The translations under genes and the position numbers were made by a program. The notes beneath the pieces are model-generated. The model did not search any database, was not told the origin of the DNA, and saw only the letters and a program-made list of their open reading frames with translations. From Trichoplax adhaerens (taxonomy: Eukaryota; Animalia; Placozoa), in NCBI RefSeq assembly GCF_000150275.1, contig NW_002060959.1:1237283-1301282 (forward strand): DNA of 64,000 bases, read 5' to 3'. Each line of letters opens with the position of its first letter. Position 1 is the first letter of the stretch. Of the stretch, positions 36,416-50,300 are shown in pieces.

Positions 36416-37239
36416 GAGGTTTTGTTCAATTAATCTTAATTTTCTAAAGTTTTGAAGATTCTTGATCTATCAACCTCACACACAGATACTTATCGAATCA
36501 TAACACTTTCGAAATGTCTGTACAAGTAGTGCTTATTCTCTGTTATTCTCTGTCTTTGCGGTTAAAAATGAATGCTTTCTCTTGTTATGATAAAATATTA
36601 TGTCGTCATAAATGAGTTGTAATGAAACATCCAATACTTTCTTCCATTAAAGTCAATGTATAGTTATAGTCTTGTTTTAGTTCATCAAAAGAAAAACTTG
36701 GTTTTTGTGGCATCGTGTTTAAAGTGATAGAATTTCTTGCGATGCAGAACCCAAAGTCGCACTGTCTTAGAGTGAGCGCAATAGTTTCAACTTACTGATG
36801 GCGGCCAGGTAAATTTTAATCTTAAATACCTATATGCGTAAAGTTTTAAATATACAATAAAATTATGAAATAGAGTAACATGGTTCGTTAAACGGTTATA
36901 CGCTTAGATCGCTCGATAATTGGTAAATTACATATTCTGTTTCAACAGAAAGCGGTCGTTTCTCTGACTGAAGGAGGTAAGAGAGACATTTGGAAATACT
37001 ACTAAAATACTGTACTTTACCACCAGATTAAGTTATAGGTGAGATTCTTAAGACATGCCGAGAATTTTTGACTGCGTTTGCTGTTGTAGTGTGGCCTGAT
37101 ATATTGATTAATATCAAACTAACGTAAATTATATTATACTTTAATAGATTTACTATTGCGAATTATAACTTAATACTATATAAATTAATTGTTGGTATCC
37201 TTACGTTGATGATTTTAGCCTATATACGAAACTTGTGTA

Positions 37240-37530
37240 TGGTGATTATTCTGCACCTTTACTTAGCAGATATATTAAAAGCTTAATATAGAGATAGTTT
37301 CTATTGTTCACTTAGTACTATCCACAACATAGTTATAAGATTTAAAGAATCTTCTTTAAATAATAAATGGCGACGGTTTATATTGGTCGCGCCGTATAAA
37401 TTGCCATGTAACGTTGAAGTTGATTATTCTGTACATTTACTTGGAAGATAAATTACAACCTTAACATAGAGATGAATACTACTGTTCACTTAGTACTACC
37501 CATATGATAGTTATAAGATTTAAAGAATGA
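37240..37530. repeat. Degenerate direct duplication with ~180-bp period
   Basis: gattattctgYacMtttactt...atagagat...tgttcacttagtactaYcca...atagttataagatttaaagaat occurs at ~37244-37350 and ~37422-37529. Confidence 0.75.
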
Positions 37531-39161
37531 TATAGCCAAGAACTAGTTACTAAATCTAATCATACTCTGTTGCAATATAGCAATTCTTTATTATCTGCGA
37601 TATATAAAATACTTTTGCAGTGTTGACGAATAATATCGACTGAATCCTTCGCAATTCTACATATGGAGCCCAGAATTTAGCTGTCACGAAAATTATTTTG
37701 TTAAGCAACCTGATCTCCAATTTTTTATGGAATCTCCTTTTCAATCAAAATATAGTTAGTATGTCTTATTTTTGTAGCAAACATTAATTTTTACGCTTTT
37801 TTAACTAGAATATACTGTAACTAATTTTGGAGGTGGTTACTAGATGATTAGAATTAGTAAATTCAATTATTATTCTTAGTCGATTTCTACGAGTATAATC
37901 AGCTAGCTTGTGACCGCATTTTTCATAAATGGAACAGTAATTCTTAATAAGATCTATCGATCTTATCGCTGTATCATTTAATGTTCATCCTATAAAGTTA
38001 ATTCTAGTAGTACAAACGAGGGACATAAGTTTTTAAATGTGATACATTTAAAAAAAATTGGGGGGATTGGCATCGGAAATTTTTCATATTGTGTGCAATA
38101 TATAACTATGTAAGAACTGTTAAAGAACACGGCAGTACCAAATGTGACTGAGGAGAAACTTCGCTATAGTGTTTGTACGATATTGATTACCAGTAATGCA
38201 GTATTTGTTACTTTTAACGGTTATAGTTTGCTCTACTATTTCGCTCCCATATACGTTCTTACTTTCATACGTGGTGTATGCAATTTGCTGTGAAATAAAA
38301 TTTTTACGTATTATCATGGCATAAATCAGCTTTACCACAAGGTTATACGTAAAATCAAATTTCTAAATTTCTCAAGCTTTCGGGATTTACTATCCCTTAA
38401 CTACTCACAAGAACTTAGACGTGCTTGCTTCTACGTTCCAAAACTAGAGAACTGATCTTACAATGATCTGTGGGCTTAAATACCTTTCGGCAACGGCTAA
38501 CATTGATGAATCATCTTAATCATATTTATCAATGTGAACATTTACTGACTAATTTCAACTAATCATAAATTACAGTTACATGAGCTTGTACTGTCTTCAA
38601 TTACTGTATAAGAATTGTATTACAGTACAACATATAATTTACTGTGGTACTATACATTATAACTTCAGTGATTCCTAGTGTAAGCAACTAATTGTAATCA
38701 CCGTATATAAAATTATAATTTGCTAAATTTAGTCATTTAATTCTTCACGGTAGTTTGCACCATTACACAGCAGAACGCTTACCCTAATTTTACGGCTGTT
38801 TATATCCGTGACAGGCATATAAATAAAAATTTCTATTAGAGAACCTAGAATTTACTGATAGTACAGTAAGCTAAAAAAATTTAAAGTACAGTAATGTGAA
38901 TATCTGTAAGCTGCAAATGTTATCATTACCTGTCATCAATGAGTTTCTATAAAACATCTTGAGCCTTCGAGGATTTTATTTTATGACATTGGCATTTAGC
39001 CGAGTTTACGAATATATGCCGTATATTATGTAATCTTTGGATATCTAATGTAAATTATGTTCATTGACATTTCATGTCCAGTCATAATTAAACTGTTTCC
39101 GTAACTTTAGCCACGATTAAAAATTGTCAATATTAGATTATCAGATTAAATTACTGCACAT

Positions 39162-39321
39162 TATACCCCGTCAGTTTATGAAAATTTCTTAGAATGTTTG
39201 ACTGAAACTGTCGTACTGATGTATATAAAAAAATTTCGAAATTAAACCCATTCTCGTGCACGACAGTTTCAACTAAGTATTCTAAGAACTTTCCCAGCTT
39301 ATTAACGGAGTTTACGGTATA
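39162..39321. mobile_element. Palindromic MITE-like element (degenerate)
   Basis: Inverted arms TTCTTAGAAT...TGAAACTGTCGT (39186-39214) and ACGACAGTTTCA...ATTCTAAGAA (39260-39288), centred on AATTTCGAAATT; outer ends TATACC...GGTATA. Confidence 0.55.
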
Positions 39322-42300
39322 GGCAAAAGCTACAGTTATTCTGACTCAGAATTTTTATGATTAATCGTATTAGATGCAAACTTATCTATAAAATCTGAGG
39401 CTTTTAATGGAGATTTTATTTTTAATGTAGATGCTATAGTGCAGTCCCTCAAACAGCTTCAATTAAGGACATTAGATTATGCAAGAAAGTTTAAGATGCA
39501 TATTAGATGTATGCATGTAATAGTAGATATTGCTTAAAGCACATATTCTAATCTTTACACTGTTATGTTTACATTTTATATAAATCGCCGATTCTTTTAT
39601 AGTAAGCTAAGTGGATAGACTGAAGATAGATAGACCTTGGTAAATTAATAGGCGAGCTAATCTGTCATAGCTACGCTCACACAAGGAATAAAACTTTTAT
39701 TATAATACTTTTAAGATACATACTTTATTTGCTTGAGATACAAAATTACTTTTAGCGTCCAATTTTGTGCAGGTTGTTGTCTTTAAAGAAACCAATTCGA
39801 AGAAATTAATAAGCACGTACATAAAAGTTTTCTCCTCTTAATTTTGAATCCAATACGGTAATTAAGATAAGAATTTCTATTAAGATGCCATAATATTTTT
39901 TATTACTACAAGTTGACTTTTTGGTCGTAAATATTACGCATTGCTGGTGAACATTTTACAGTAAAAATTTGTAGAAATAATACATTAGTATCTGTAAATG
40001 AGAAAATTCATGTTAATAGGTTAGCTGGATACATTACAATGTATTCCAATACAGTAGGAAACTAATACCGAAAATTTGTACTAAGATATTATAAGTTAAC
40101 CAAGATATTTATGAAGATAAAGTCATTAGTAACTATTACAGCATTATATTTACGACATTTCTGTAAAAGTCAGTAGCGGAATGGGTCTGTCTTATGATGT
40201 CTAGATACATTACAGTGGCTTAAAATAATATCAAATATAACCTAACAATAATACAAAATTTTATGATTTTAAACAATATTTTTTTAAATGATTCGAAAGG
40301 GATTACTATCAACTTCATGATTGCTATAAAGTATTCGATTTCATGCTATTTGTGTTCAATTTAAAATCAAGTTATTCAATTCTAAGAACAAGATTTATGC
40401 CCTTACCTGCAGTCTAAATATAAACTATATTTTTTCTTCTTTACTATTGATAGTGAATACGAGTATACTACTTAATAGTATTACTTAAAACTAAACAGTT
40501 TGACGTTTTACTACGTAGCGAACTTTTAATAATGGCGCTTTAGTTTTGGATTGTACCTGATTTTTCTCCTAAAGGATAGGGTTCTAAATCATAGAAAATC
40601 AATCAGTCAAATGCACTTACGATCAAGGTCTAATGCGATGATTTATTTAGTAAACAAATAGTGTTATTTACCAACAGATAAATTTTATTTATCACGGTTG
40701 ATGGATTTTGCAGGATGCGTTATTTCTATTTCTTTCGTGAAAGTCTGAAATGGGACCGCATTGTGATGCATTTACCTTACAGTATTAATAAGAAGTGGAA
40801 TTTCATTAGGGTATCACTCACCTATTATAAATAAGTGGTAGTCCTTTTAAAAGTCCAATGTCTAAATTTTTTTTCTTATTCTACTGAAAGGAGATTTACG
40901 TACCCTTTTTTTTTTAAGGAGCGTTGATGCTGCATACGATTTTCTTTGAAGCCTATTTTGCGATTAGAATGAGAGAAATCTGACCCTTAGGTACTGTACA
41001 ATATTAAAATTGACGATACGGTAACGTCAACTGGAACCGTTAGGGTGGTTTACATAAAGATTTAAACATGATATCATGTGGATATAGATATTTTAAAGAA
41101 TATCCAGATACTCCTAATGTAGTCATTTTCAAAACGATACATGTGCTAATGTCAGATTTTGATAAGTTCATATTTTGTTCCCCAACACACTGTAGGACAA
41201 AATGCTATTGTATGTATTTTGTGAGCCAATGATTTAATCTAAAAGGAAGTCTTTTTACTAAAATACTTACGCATACTCGACATAAAAGTAGTATCTGGAA
41301 ATAGTATTAATTATGAAATGATGTATAGACTTCTTTCTCTAAAATCTGTCTAATATCTGTAGAGTGTCATTTCTTTTATCGATGATCTAATTGGCTATTG
41401 GAAGTAGTAGCTATTGTGCTTATCATTAATATGCTAGCATGCTAGCCACAGTTGGTCCTTTTTATTTCTCATTAGCATTAAATTAGCTGTAGACATCATT
41501 GTACTAATGCGGACTTTGATTTGTTTGTTTAATGCATTACATGTAAAGTGAACAATATGAACGTGATTAGGAGGAATATACTACTCTTTTGAATGCGCCA
41601 CAAATTAGCTAATTTGCTTTCTTCATCAGAAATATAATTTCCTTCAGATTCAGCAGACTATGTCAGCTCCAAGTGAAATTAGATATTCAATATTTTAATT
41701 AAATTTATTTGGATTTATGTGATTGAAATTAATATTAATCTCGTAGCCGAAAAGTATCCGTGATGATGAAACTTTAGATTGGAGCAAAAATAATTCGCTT
41801 TTTACTAGTTATAATTACTTATAGCCAATTTTTTTATAGAAGGGCTAAGTAATTGATTAGCCTAGTGGTGAAACTCAACGGTTTGTGAACGCTACTTATA
41901 ATACAGTAAGTAAAGGAATAGTTATTTATAACGTAAATGAAGTACTAGCGTTTAAAAGGATATTTTTATGACTGAATATAAAATAATTTCTTGTATATTA
42001 GAATACTACGCTTACTTAGAGTTTATAAAGTTGTTTATTATGTATTTCATTAATACAAATCTATTAATTATAATCTTTAGTAAAGCATTATCTCTATTGT
42101 CATTTAGATTTTTTTCAAGCCCCTTCAGCGGATTAAAGTATGGAATCACGTTATGAATAAATGAGCAAGCAAGCATTTTGAATTAAGCCAGAAAAGTAGG
42201 TGGATGAATAAAGGTCTGGATTGAAAAGCTTTATTTTATGGTTATTAATACTGATTGTACTTGTGATAATAACAACGGTAAAGAAAAAAATAGACCATGA

Positions 42301-43888
42301 TGTATTAATAAGATTCTAGTTACCCTTGCAATTCAATGAATGCGCCTATTACTATAAAAGTTTATTTTAGCTTCATGCAATACGTTACCCTCACAGAGAT
42401 GCTTTTAGTTCGTCAACAACATGTGATTATAGTCGCCCAAATTAGATATTGTGAGCAAAGCGGTGGTTTAGTAATTCCATAACAGCAAGATGAACGCTAG
42501 TACCAATATTACTTGATCATCAACTCTATCGAAATGACGTCACCTATGCTAATAAAGTGTAGTAAAATTAATTCTACTCATGTAATTAAGCATTGTATTC
42601 ACTGAAAGTCTCAAGGGAATCCTTATTATTAGATAGGCTTATTCATAACTATTGCTATATACATGTGGCGGTATTAAAAAGGTGAATTTAATATAATGTT
42701 ATAATAATCTTAAAATGAAAATACAGGATATATAGAGTATAAAGGTACCATGTCGATGTTATCACGAATGGATGATGTGCAAACGATGAAATACTTCAAG
42801 GTATAGTATCGAACACCTGCAGGCCAACATTTTGTCGATATGAAGTGAAAACAGACTCTGACATCGACATCACTGTAGGTGGAGTTAATTTACGAGAAAT
42901 GGATGATTCTATTCTGCTGTAAAAACATAAAACAATGCTGTATAGGAGTGCATTTGTGTCATATCGCATCAATGCTGATAACATCTACATCAAATAGTGC
43001 AAAAATAGTAATCATAACACGGCCAAAGAAAGAGACTTTATAGGCTTATTTGACCATCATTTTGCTAGATATAGCGATGAAAATGATATTAAAAGTTAGC
43101 TGAGGTACTAGGTTGTCTCCATTTGGTCAAGCTTGCTATCAGTGTATTTATAACGGAGGTGGATAATATGATCGAGATGACGTTGATACATTCATTGCTC
43201 AATATTGGATAGTAGAATAGTTTGAACTCAATTATGGTAGAGTTTGGATAGTTGTTGGGTAATATTGTAATCATCTTTATTGTAAATATGTATTCAAATC
43301 TTACAATGCTGCTATATATTAATTCGATAGGTGGATACAATGATTGCAAAGTAGTGTGTGACGAAACTGAATACAAAAAAATATTACTTGGTCACATGTT
43401 GAAATTAAACCACAACTAGCCCACGTTGCTTAGTTTAGATACTGTACACTTGGCTGGTTGCTATGATATGGCACCATTCTATATACAGTCTACTTGTCGA
43501 TAGAGTATACGCATAAATGATCACAATTATACAGTGAGAATAGTATAAGAAGTGATATTTATTTGCCTACTATGCATGAAAGCTGGCATTCCGAATACTT
43601 TTCAATCAGACTACATTATATTAACTGACGAATTTTCTACTTTGACCACTAAAATTACTGTGATTCAAGCAAGTCTAAATTAAACACTTTCATTTGTACG
43701 TTTCGAATGAATTAGAGATAGAAGTGGAGTGCTGAACACCACACTAGGATTTATTTGTACTTTATTTGTTATTTTTTTAACTCAATAAACGATCTGATTT
43801 GTAATTACTTTCGTTACAGTTTTCAACGAGACAGCGCTTGAATCGGCTATTTGAATCATCAATGAAGATTTGAAAGTACTGTAAGTCT

Positions 43889-45010
43889 ATGACGGCCAAT
43901 AATTCATCCGATCATCCTACTAGAGAGATCCATTTTAAATTGATGTTGAGCCAAAGAAATCGCAAGAATGCCATCTGTAAGATTGATTCATCCAGCATGA
44001 ATCAGGACGATAGCCATGGTAATCAGTATAATCAGTATGGTTACACACTGAATCAAGATCCATCTCGTATTGTCCAACAAAATTATCAACAGGATCAAAC
44101 ATTAACAAAAAAGAAGTTAACCAACTTCTCTGTCGACTACATTCTTCATGAATTAAATAGTCATTGTGGCCGTAAGAAAGACGATCTGAAAAAATATACA
44201 CATCAAAGTTTCGCAGGCGATATTTCGAACTATAGCAGCAGATTGAATCATATGAAGAATATATATTACCCAAACAGCCAGGCTCTCGGTCAGTTCTTGA
44301 ATACTACAACAGCACCCAATTTCGTCTTCTCCAACCAACTTAAAGCCCGTTATGATACCCAGATTACATCTTTAGACCTGAAGCCATCAGTCATTAATTT
44401 ACAATCGAAAATGTTACGACAAAATCTAATCGATCCGGTACCATCTAGTCACTCGAAGAAGATTGTGGATGAAAATAAGACCAAAGGATTGCTTGACGAA
44501 CATGATAGACTTACGCGTAGTGGACGTGATATTAATGGACCGCATGCGGTGAATTCTTCATCCACTTCGAAACGTTTGAATCATAGCTTTCATCAACGTT
44601 ATCCATGCAAAATATGTCAGAAATCTTTTGCCAATCCTCACTGTTTATCACGGCACATACGAATTCATACTGGTGAAAAGCCTTATCAATGTAATATTTG
44701 TAAAAAGGCTTTTAATCAATCATTTCACTTAACTATCCATAAGCGATTACACACTGGCGATTTAAGATATCAATGTAACATTTGCTGTCGACGTTTTGTT
44801 CAAAGTAATGATCTCAAGAAGCATTACAGAACTCATACTGGTGAGAAACCGTATCATTGCAGTTATTGTCAAAAATGTTTCGCCGATGCTAGCCAACTAA
44901 AAAAACACATGCGGATTCACACTGGCGAAAAGCCCTACAGGTGTATCGTATGTCAGCGTCGTTTTACGCAATCTGGAGCTTTAAAAAAGCACTCTCATAT
45001 TCATCAGTGA
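43889..45010 (+). CDS. Single-exon C2H2 zinc-finger transcription factor (5 tandem fingers) with an N-terminal eh1 repressor motif
   Basis: 373-aa ORF. TNFSVDYIL fits eh1 (FSIxxIL). Five CxxC-x12-HxxxH fingers are joined by TGEKP/TGDLR linkers at the C-terminus. A likely 5'UTR splice acceptor lies at ~43819. Confidence 0.92.
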   Translation: MTANNSSDHPTREIHFKLMLSQRNRKNAICKIDSSSMNQDDSHGNQYNQYGYTLNQDPSRIVQQNYQQDQTLTKKKLTNFSVDYILHELNSHCGRKKDDLKKYTHQSFAGDISNYSSRLNHMKNIYYPNSQALGQFLNTTTAPNFVFSNQLKARYDTQITSLDLKPSVINLQSKMLRQNLIDPVPSSHSKKIVDENKTKGLLDEHDRLTRSGRDINGPHAVNSSSTSKRLNHSFHQRYPCKICQKSFANPHCLSRHIRIHTGEKPYQCNICKKAFNQSFHLTIHKRLHTGDLRYQCNICCRRFVQSNDLKKHYRTHTGEKPYHCSYCQKCFADASQLKKHMRIHTGEKPYRCIVCQRRFTQSGALKKHSHIHQ

Positions 45011-45068
45011 ATATTAGTAGTTATTCGTAATTCGTTTCCGTTTTACCATCTTTCTTTGGTGCTGTTTT

Positions 45069-45094
45069 CTCTCTCTCTCTCTCTCTCTCTCTCT
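45069..45094. repeat. (CT)13 microsatellite just downstream of the zinc-finger stop codon
   Basis: Direct reading of the sequence. Confidence 0.95.
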
Positions 45095-47209
45095 TGCCAT
45101 TCTATTACTATTACTATTATAGTCGTTTAAAATACTATGTCATACCTTTTATAGGACCTTTATCTTACGAACTAGGTCTGAAGATAAAAAAGTCCTTTTT
45201 TTCGGTGGCGTATTACTATGCGAATTTAGAATATTTCTTAATCATTTAAATGAAAACTTATATTTAGCCAATAATCTTACTATAAATGTTGATCACTTTG
45301 AAACAAAAATTAAGCATTCAGTGTCACAGTGTTATGGGTGTTTCTGTTTTTCTACACATTACTTCAGTGTTATTGTGCGTAATTAGCAATTGGAGTGGCC
45401 TTTAAGCTAGATATATTATCTATTCTATTCGACTTTTTAGCCTTCTTCACTTTCAATTCTGGTAATATAGGTGACATTAATTCGTGATGATTGCCGATAC
45501 CTTTCTACCAGTGAATTATACGTACAATTGTGTCAAATTGAAGTACATGGTTATTCGTAGTAGAACCGTAAAATCCAAGTTGGATTTCAATCCTCTAAAT
45601 CATATGGATTATTTATTGGATTCGAAATGATTTCATTATCATACTTATTCCTCTGTTATATAGCGTTTAGAAATTTAGTATAGCTGAAAAATTTTTAGAG
45701 AAAATGTCGCAATCTGATGTCAAGTAGAATATTGTAAACATCAATTGGGTCGAATGTGTGTAAAAATGCGCTCAGATGCATCAATTATATTATTACACTT
45801 GTCAAATCGAGTGCTCATCGATATTGATTTATTAGGTTGAATACTTTGAGACCTGATATCAATATATTGAAAGATCAAAATGTACTGTATATTGTATTAA
45901 GTGTAGAAAAATTGTATAGAATCAGTAGTCTTTCAAAGACAATTAATTTAACAGATGACATAGTTTACGACAAATGCTGCTGTTAACATCTTTCTCAGAG
46001 GAGCTGTTGCTTTTCCACAAAGGCAAATAAAGATTTAATGATTGAATAGGTTTACAACCTTCAGAAAATGAACTTGATCATAGTAAATTATTAGTATGTA
46101 TTCTGATCTGGTGATCAACAGCTTATTAATCTGTTTGCTATCAAAATTAAATGTACAACAATGGTTAATCGTAGGAATATCTTCTATGGTTAAATCATCG
46201 CACAACATGGATACCCGCATGATTAATTGTAATTGTTTCGGCAAGTGTAATTATAATAATGTACTAGTTATATTCTATTAATATATAAACTGAAATTGTA
46301 TAGCATAGCGCAAAATCTTCACTTAGGCTGTCAGCAAGAAGATATACATATAGACTTGCACGATAGAGGTTATCTTGTGAAAATTTTAGTGTCGAAGAAT
46401 AAAAATTTTTCCACAGAAAGTGCTTTATTTGAATTTTATTTTTATTGATTTTGTATTTGGAGAAGTTTACAGCCTTAATTAGAGTCTTTCAAAAATTTAG
46501 TATAACAAGTTTATATTGCGTATACTATTTCTTATAAATTTGTATCTCTTTTTATTGCAGAATATATCATAATGTGTTGAAATGGTACGATAAAGATTAA
46601 CAATGTGTGAACTACTGTAGAAAAATTCTCGTTATAGCGTTATCCTAGGTTAGTTGTTCATTCAAGTTTACTTATCTCTAGATAACAGATTGCATTTAAT
46701 TACTTTAGTCTACGGTATGATATCTGCTCTTTATGCCGTTTTTACAACACCAATGCAATGGAGAAACTGCTTCCAATTGTAGCTAATCACAAAGACGTAT
46801 CTTGAATCTAAACTAAATGCTGTTTATTTTTAAAAGTCATTCATTTATTTGCATATAGGATTTTATTCGCAAGCATCGATAGAAGAATGTGATAATATAC
46901 AGTACATATTGATTAATGTTAATAAGCAAAGTCAGCGTTGATCCGTTTTCTTGAAATTTAGAGATGAACAACGATATTCTACATTGTAAAACATGTTAGA
47001 TCACGGACATTTCACAAAATAGATAATAATCACGAGTAGAAATTGGCAAGCTTTATTCTTAACTAGATACCTAACCACCTTGCATACCTTCTTCAATAAT
47101 GCACTATATTCTATGATTAAAGTTCTAAGCCAATTGAAATGTCTTATAATTATCCTACTGTCACAATATGATTTTAAAGAAGCATTATAAAGGTGATGGT
47201 TATGGAAAC

Positions 47210-47376
47210 AAGGCTTAAATATCGATTTAGATTTTGCAGAGTGATCTAAAGTATCGTTGCTAAATATAATTACAGAAATAAAGCTTCAGATCAATTTAGA
47301 TTATTGTAGTATGATCTAAACTACCGATAGAAAAGGTAATAAAAAAATGAGGCTTAAGTATCGATATAGATTATCA
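47210..47376. repeat. Degenerate ~70-bp tandem repeat (~2.4 copies)
   Basis: aRgctt...atcRatttagatt...gatctaaa units starting at ~47211, ~47281 and ~47350. Confidence 0.6.
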
Positions 47377-50300
47377 TCTATCTAGAAAGCTGAGATTGAA
47401 TTTCTCTTGTTTGATTACCAATATAGATAGCTAAATTTTTTTCGATAATTTTGCCAGATTATGGTGCGCATGTAGCTCAGAAGTCAAATCATGCATCAAA
47501 AGGAACTTTTCCAGCCAATATACTTATATTTGAAATAATAGAGGCTAATTTTTCTCCTTAAAGGTGCTGTCTTATTCGCTGATTGTTTTGTATGCACCCT
47601 TATCATCAACGCCACAAGAGATCGTATTTGATAATAGTATACAATCGCTCGATTGATTCAGCCACTAGTAATTTTCGGCTTAATTGTCGTATAGTTCCAT
47701 TCTAGTATCCCTTTTTATAAATAAAGCGGCTCACCTATTAGATCTTCGAACTGAAAAATTTGTTGTTAGGTAAAAGAACTTGGCGAGTATCATGAATAAT
47801 TAACGAATTTTATTGGTTAAGATGTATAGCTAAACTAATAAGTTGGAGCAATTTATACTGTAAGGTATGTTTTAAAAAGTGCTGTATGCAAGCATGTAAA
47901 AGTTCGTGTTTTATTGGCCATTCATGCCGGTCTCAGAATCTTAAAATTTGTTTATAGCTTATTGGACAGTCTTCTACGAAGTCATTTCGTGTGTACTGCA
48001 TCTACAAGATTGCACTAATGTAATAATTCCTAATACTGATAAACTTCTATGGTAGTAGCGACAAAAATTGAAATTACAAATCCATAATAATTTATGAAAT
48101 TGCAGTACAACTAAAGAGGTTTCGTGCACATCCTGAGAAAACGGTTCAGGATGACGATTTTACTAATTACCCTAGCGCCAGTAATTACTGCTTAATAATA
48201 TAAAGCATCGCGACAAGAACAAAAGTCTTGCGTTCTGCGTAGCACTAGTACTACTTTTAGATAAAATCTATTGAGATTTGAAAGAATAAAATGGCTAGAA
48301 ATCAATATTATTTTGAACAAGAAACAGATTTAACTTCTAGTTCAGTAAGAACTTACGCTAACTTTGGCAGATTTTATGATCGATTTTATTAGTAGCTTCG
48401 CTTACTTGTGTAGTGACAGAAAACTCAACATGGCACCGTTTGAAGCAATCTCTTACTCCAGTAAAATCTCCTATTATGTCTATGCATATCGTACTATTAT
48501 ATGATCTTTATCAAGCTATTAATTTTGTTTACTCAAATAATAATATTCAACATAAATTAAAAATACCCTTTACGTAGTAGATAGCACTTAAACAGCATTA
48601 ATTAAACTTTTTACGGTATAAAATACGAATAATTGTATTGTTGCTTGGATATAGATTTAGTAACGCTAATTACAATTTTTTACTCGAGGCAAAGTAGGTC
48701 ATTGGAAACAATCTGACCTTATTATACTAGTTATAAAATGTTAACATCCAATACGTTCGTATTTGCGCCAATCTTTTTATGTTTATCCCTTATTCATTAT
48801 ATTCAATTAATTAATATGCAGTATGCTGCAATAATTACAGAAATTAGTAGAGTGATATTATAAAGTACTTTTTTAAAGTACAGAATTACGAGGCTAAATT
48901 CAAAATCATCTTGACGTTGGCAAAAAATGAATTAATTAACAGTGTGTTATCATTAAGGAAGACTTTATTCAAGTTCTGAAATATTTAGATTTTGTGAGCG
49001 GAATTGATATTAGATCTGAAATAAAAATGTTGAACTAATTTATATCTTATTGTGAAATATCATTTTTTACTCATTTTATCTTCATTTTAGCTATGATATT
49101 AATCATTTATCGCTATGGTATAGTTTCATCTAATATTTCCTTGGCTCGATATTAGCATTTTATAAGTTATGATGTTGTACGATACTTTGGGCATGATAGT
49201 GATTTTTTTCTTCTAATTTATAAACTTTCAACATACGTTTATTTACGTAATATTTTCGCATTTATTTCTTATTAAAATGCTAACTCATGGTTTAATAAAA
49301 ATGAATCGTTACCGCGACGTATCTACTTAAGCCACTTTTATTATAAGTTATCATCGCAAAAATTTCATTATTACCGAAGAAGAAAAGACGAGGATAAATG
49401 TAAATTACAATGGGCGAATTTTAACAAATTTTCTAGAACTAATGTGTGCTGCAAATAAATTATTTATTAATGAAATTCCTATCATGTTAAAAGGTATAAA
49501 TAAAAGTTAGTTGGTTTATTTCGGCCAATTTGTAACGATTTTGTGTATCTTTTTTTATGTATTTTAATCATATACGATTACATCAAAAATTAACATGAAA
49601 TTTCAATTGAGCATTTTCTTTATTAAAATTGACTGGATATCACTGAGAAAGCACTCAACTGACTTGAAATTTTCCGCTCTTTTAAAACTGCCATTTTAAT
49701 ATTGCAGATAATTGTTTAATAACCGCATTGTAGAGCTGAATGATCGTTGTGAGGAATATTAATGCAACATTGTATATTAATCATGTTAAACTAGATCAAT
49801 TCAATGCATAATCAAATCAAAAATAAAGATCGGCAGTCGCTATATCAAGCTTATAAAATATAAGTCACGTACTCATATGATGCTCAAGATGTTAAGCCTG
49901 ACTGTATTTACTTTGATAAATAATTTACTAACATTCACACATTTAGTAGTATTAGTACTTCTTCTAGTACTTTATAGTTATACAAATGAAGTTACTATGT
50001 AAATTGCGATGAGGTTATAATCACAAATTAGAACCATTTGCTCTCAGATAGATTGCTGTTAGCTATTTAAATTTATAAATGTACAACATTGTAAACACAG
50101 TGCCTTTCTATTTCATAAGTAAGGGCCTTGTTGTACTTTAGTTAAAGAGATTAACTGCTATTTGCTTCGTAATCATTCCAAGCTTATCGTTGATTAATTT
50201 TTAAACATAGTTACTTTCAATATAGAGTGCAGTGCATTTCATGAAATTAATGATCGTGTAAATAAATAAATAATTCCTAGTAAGCTCTGCTACACGCGTA

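Noticed and set aside
43935-44338. Minus-strand ORFs inside the zinc-finger gene
   Set aside because: Antisense shadows of the real ORF with no recognisable features.
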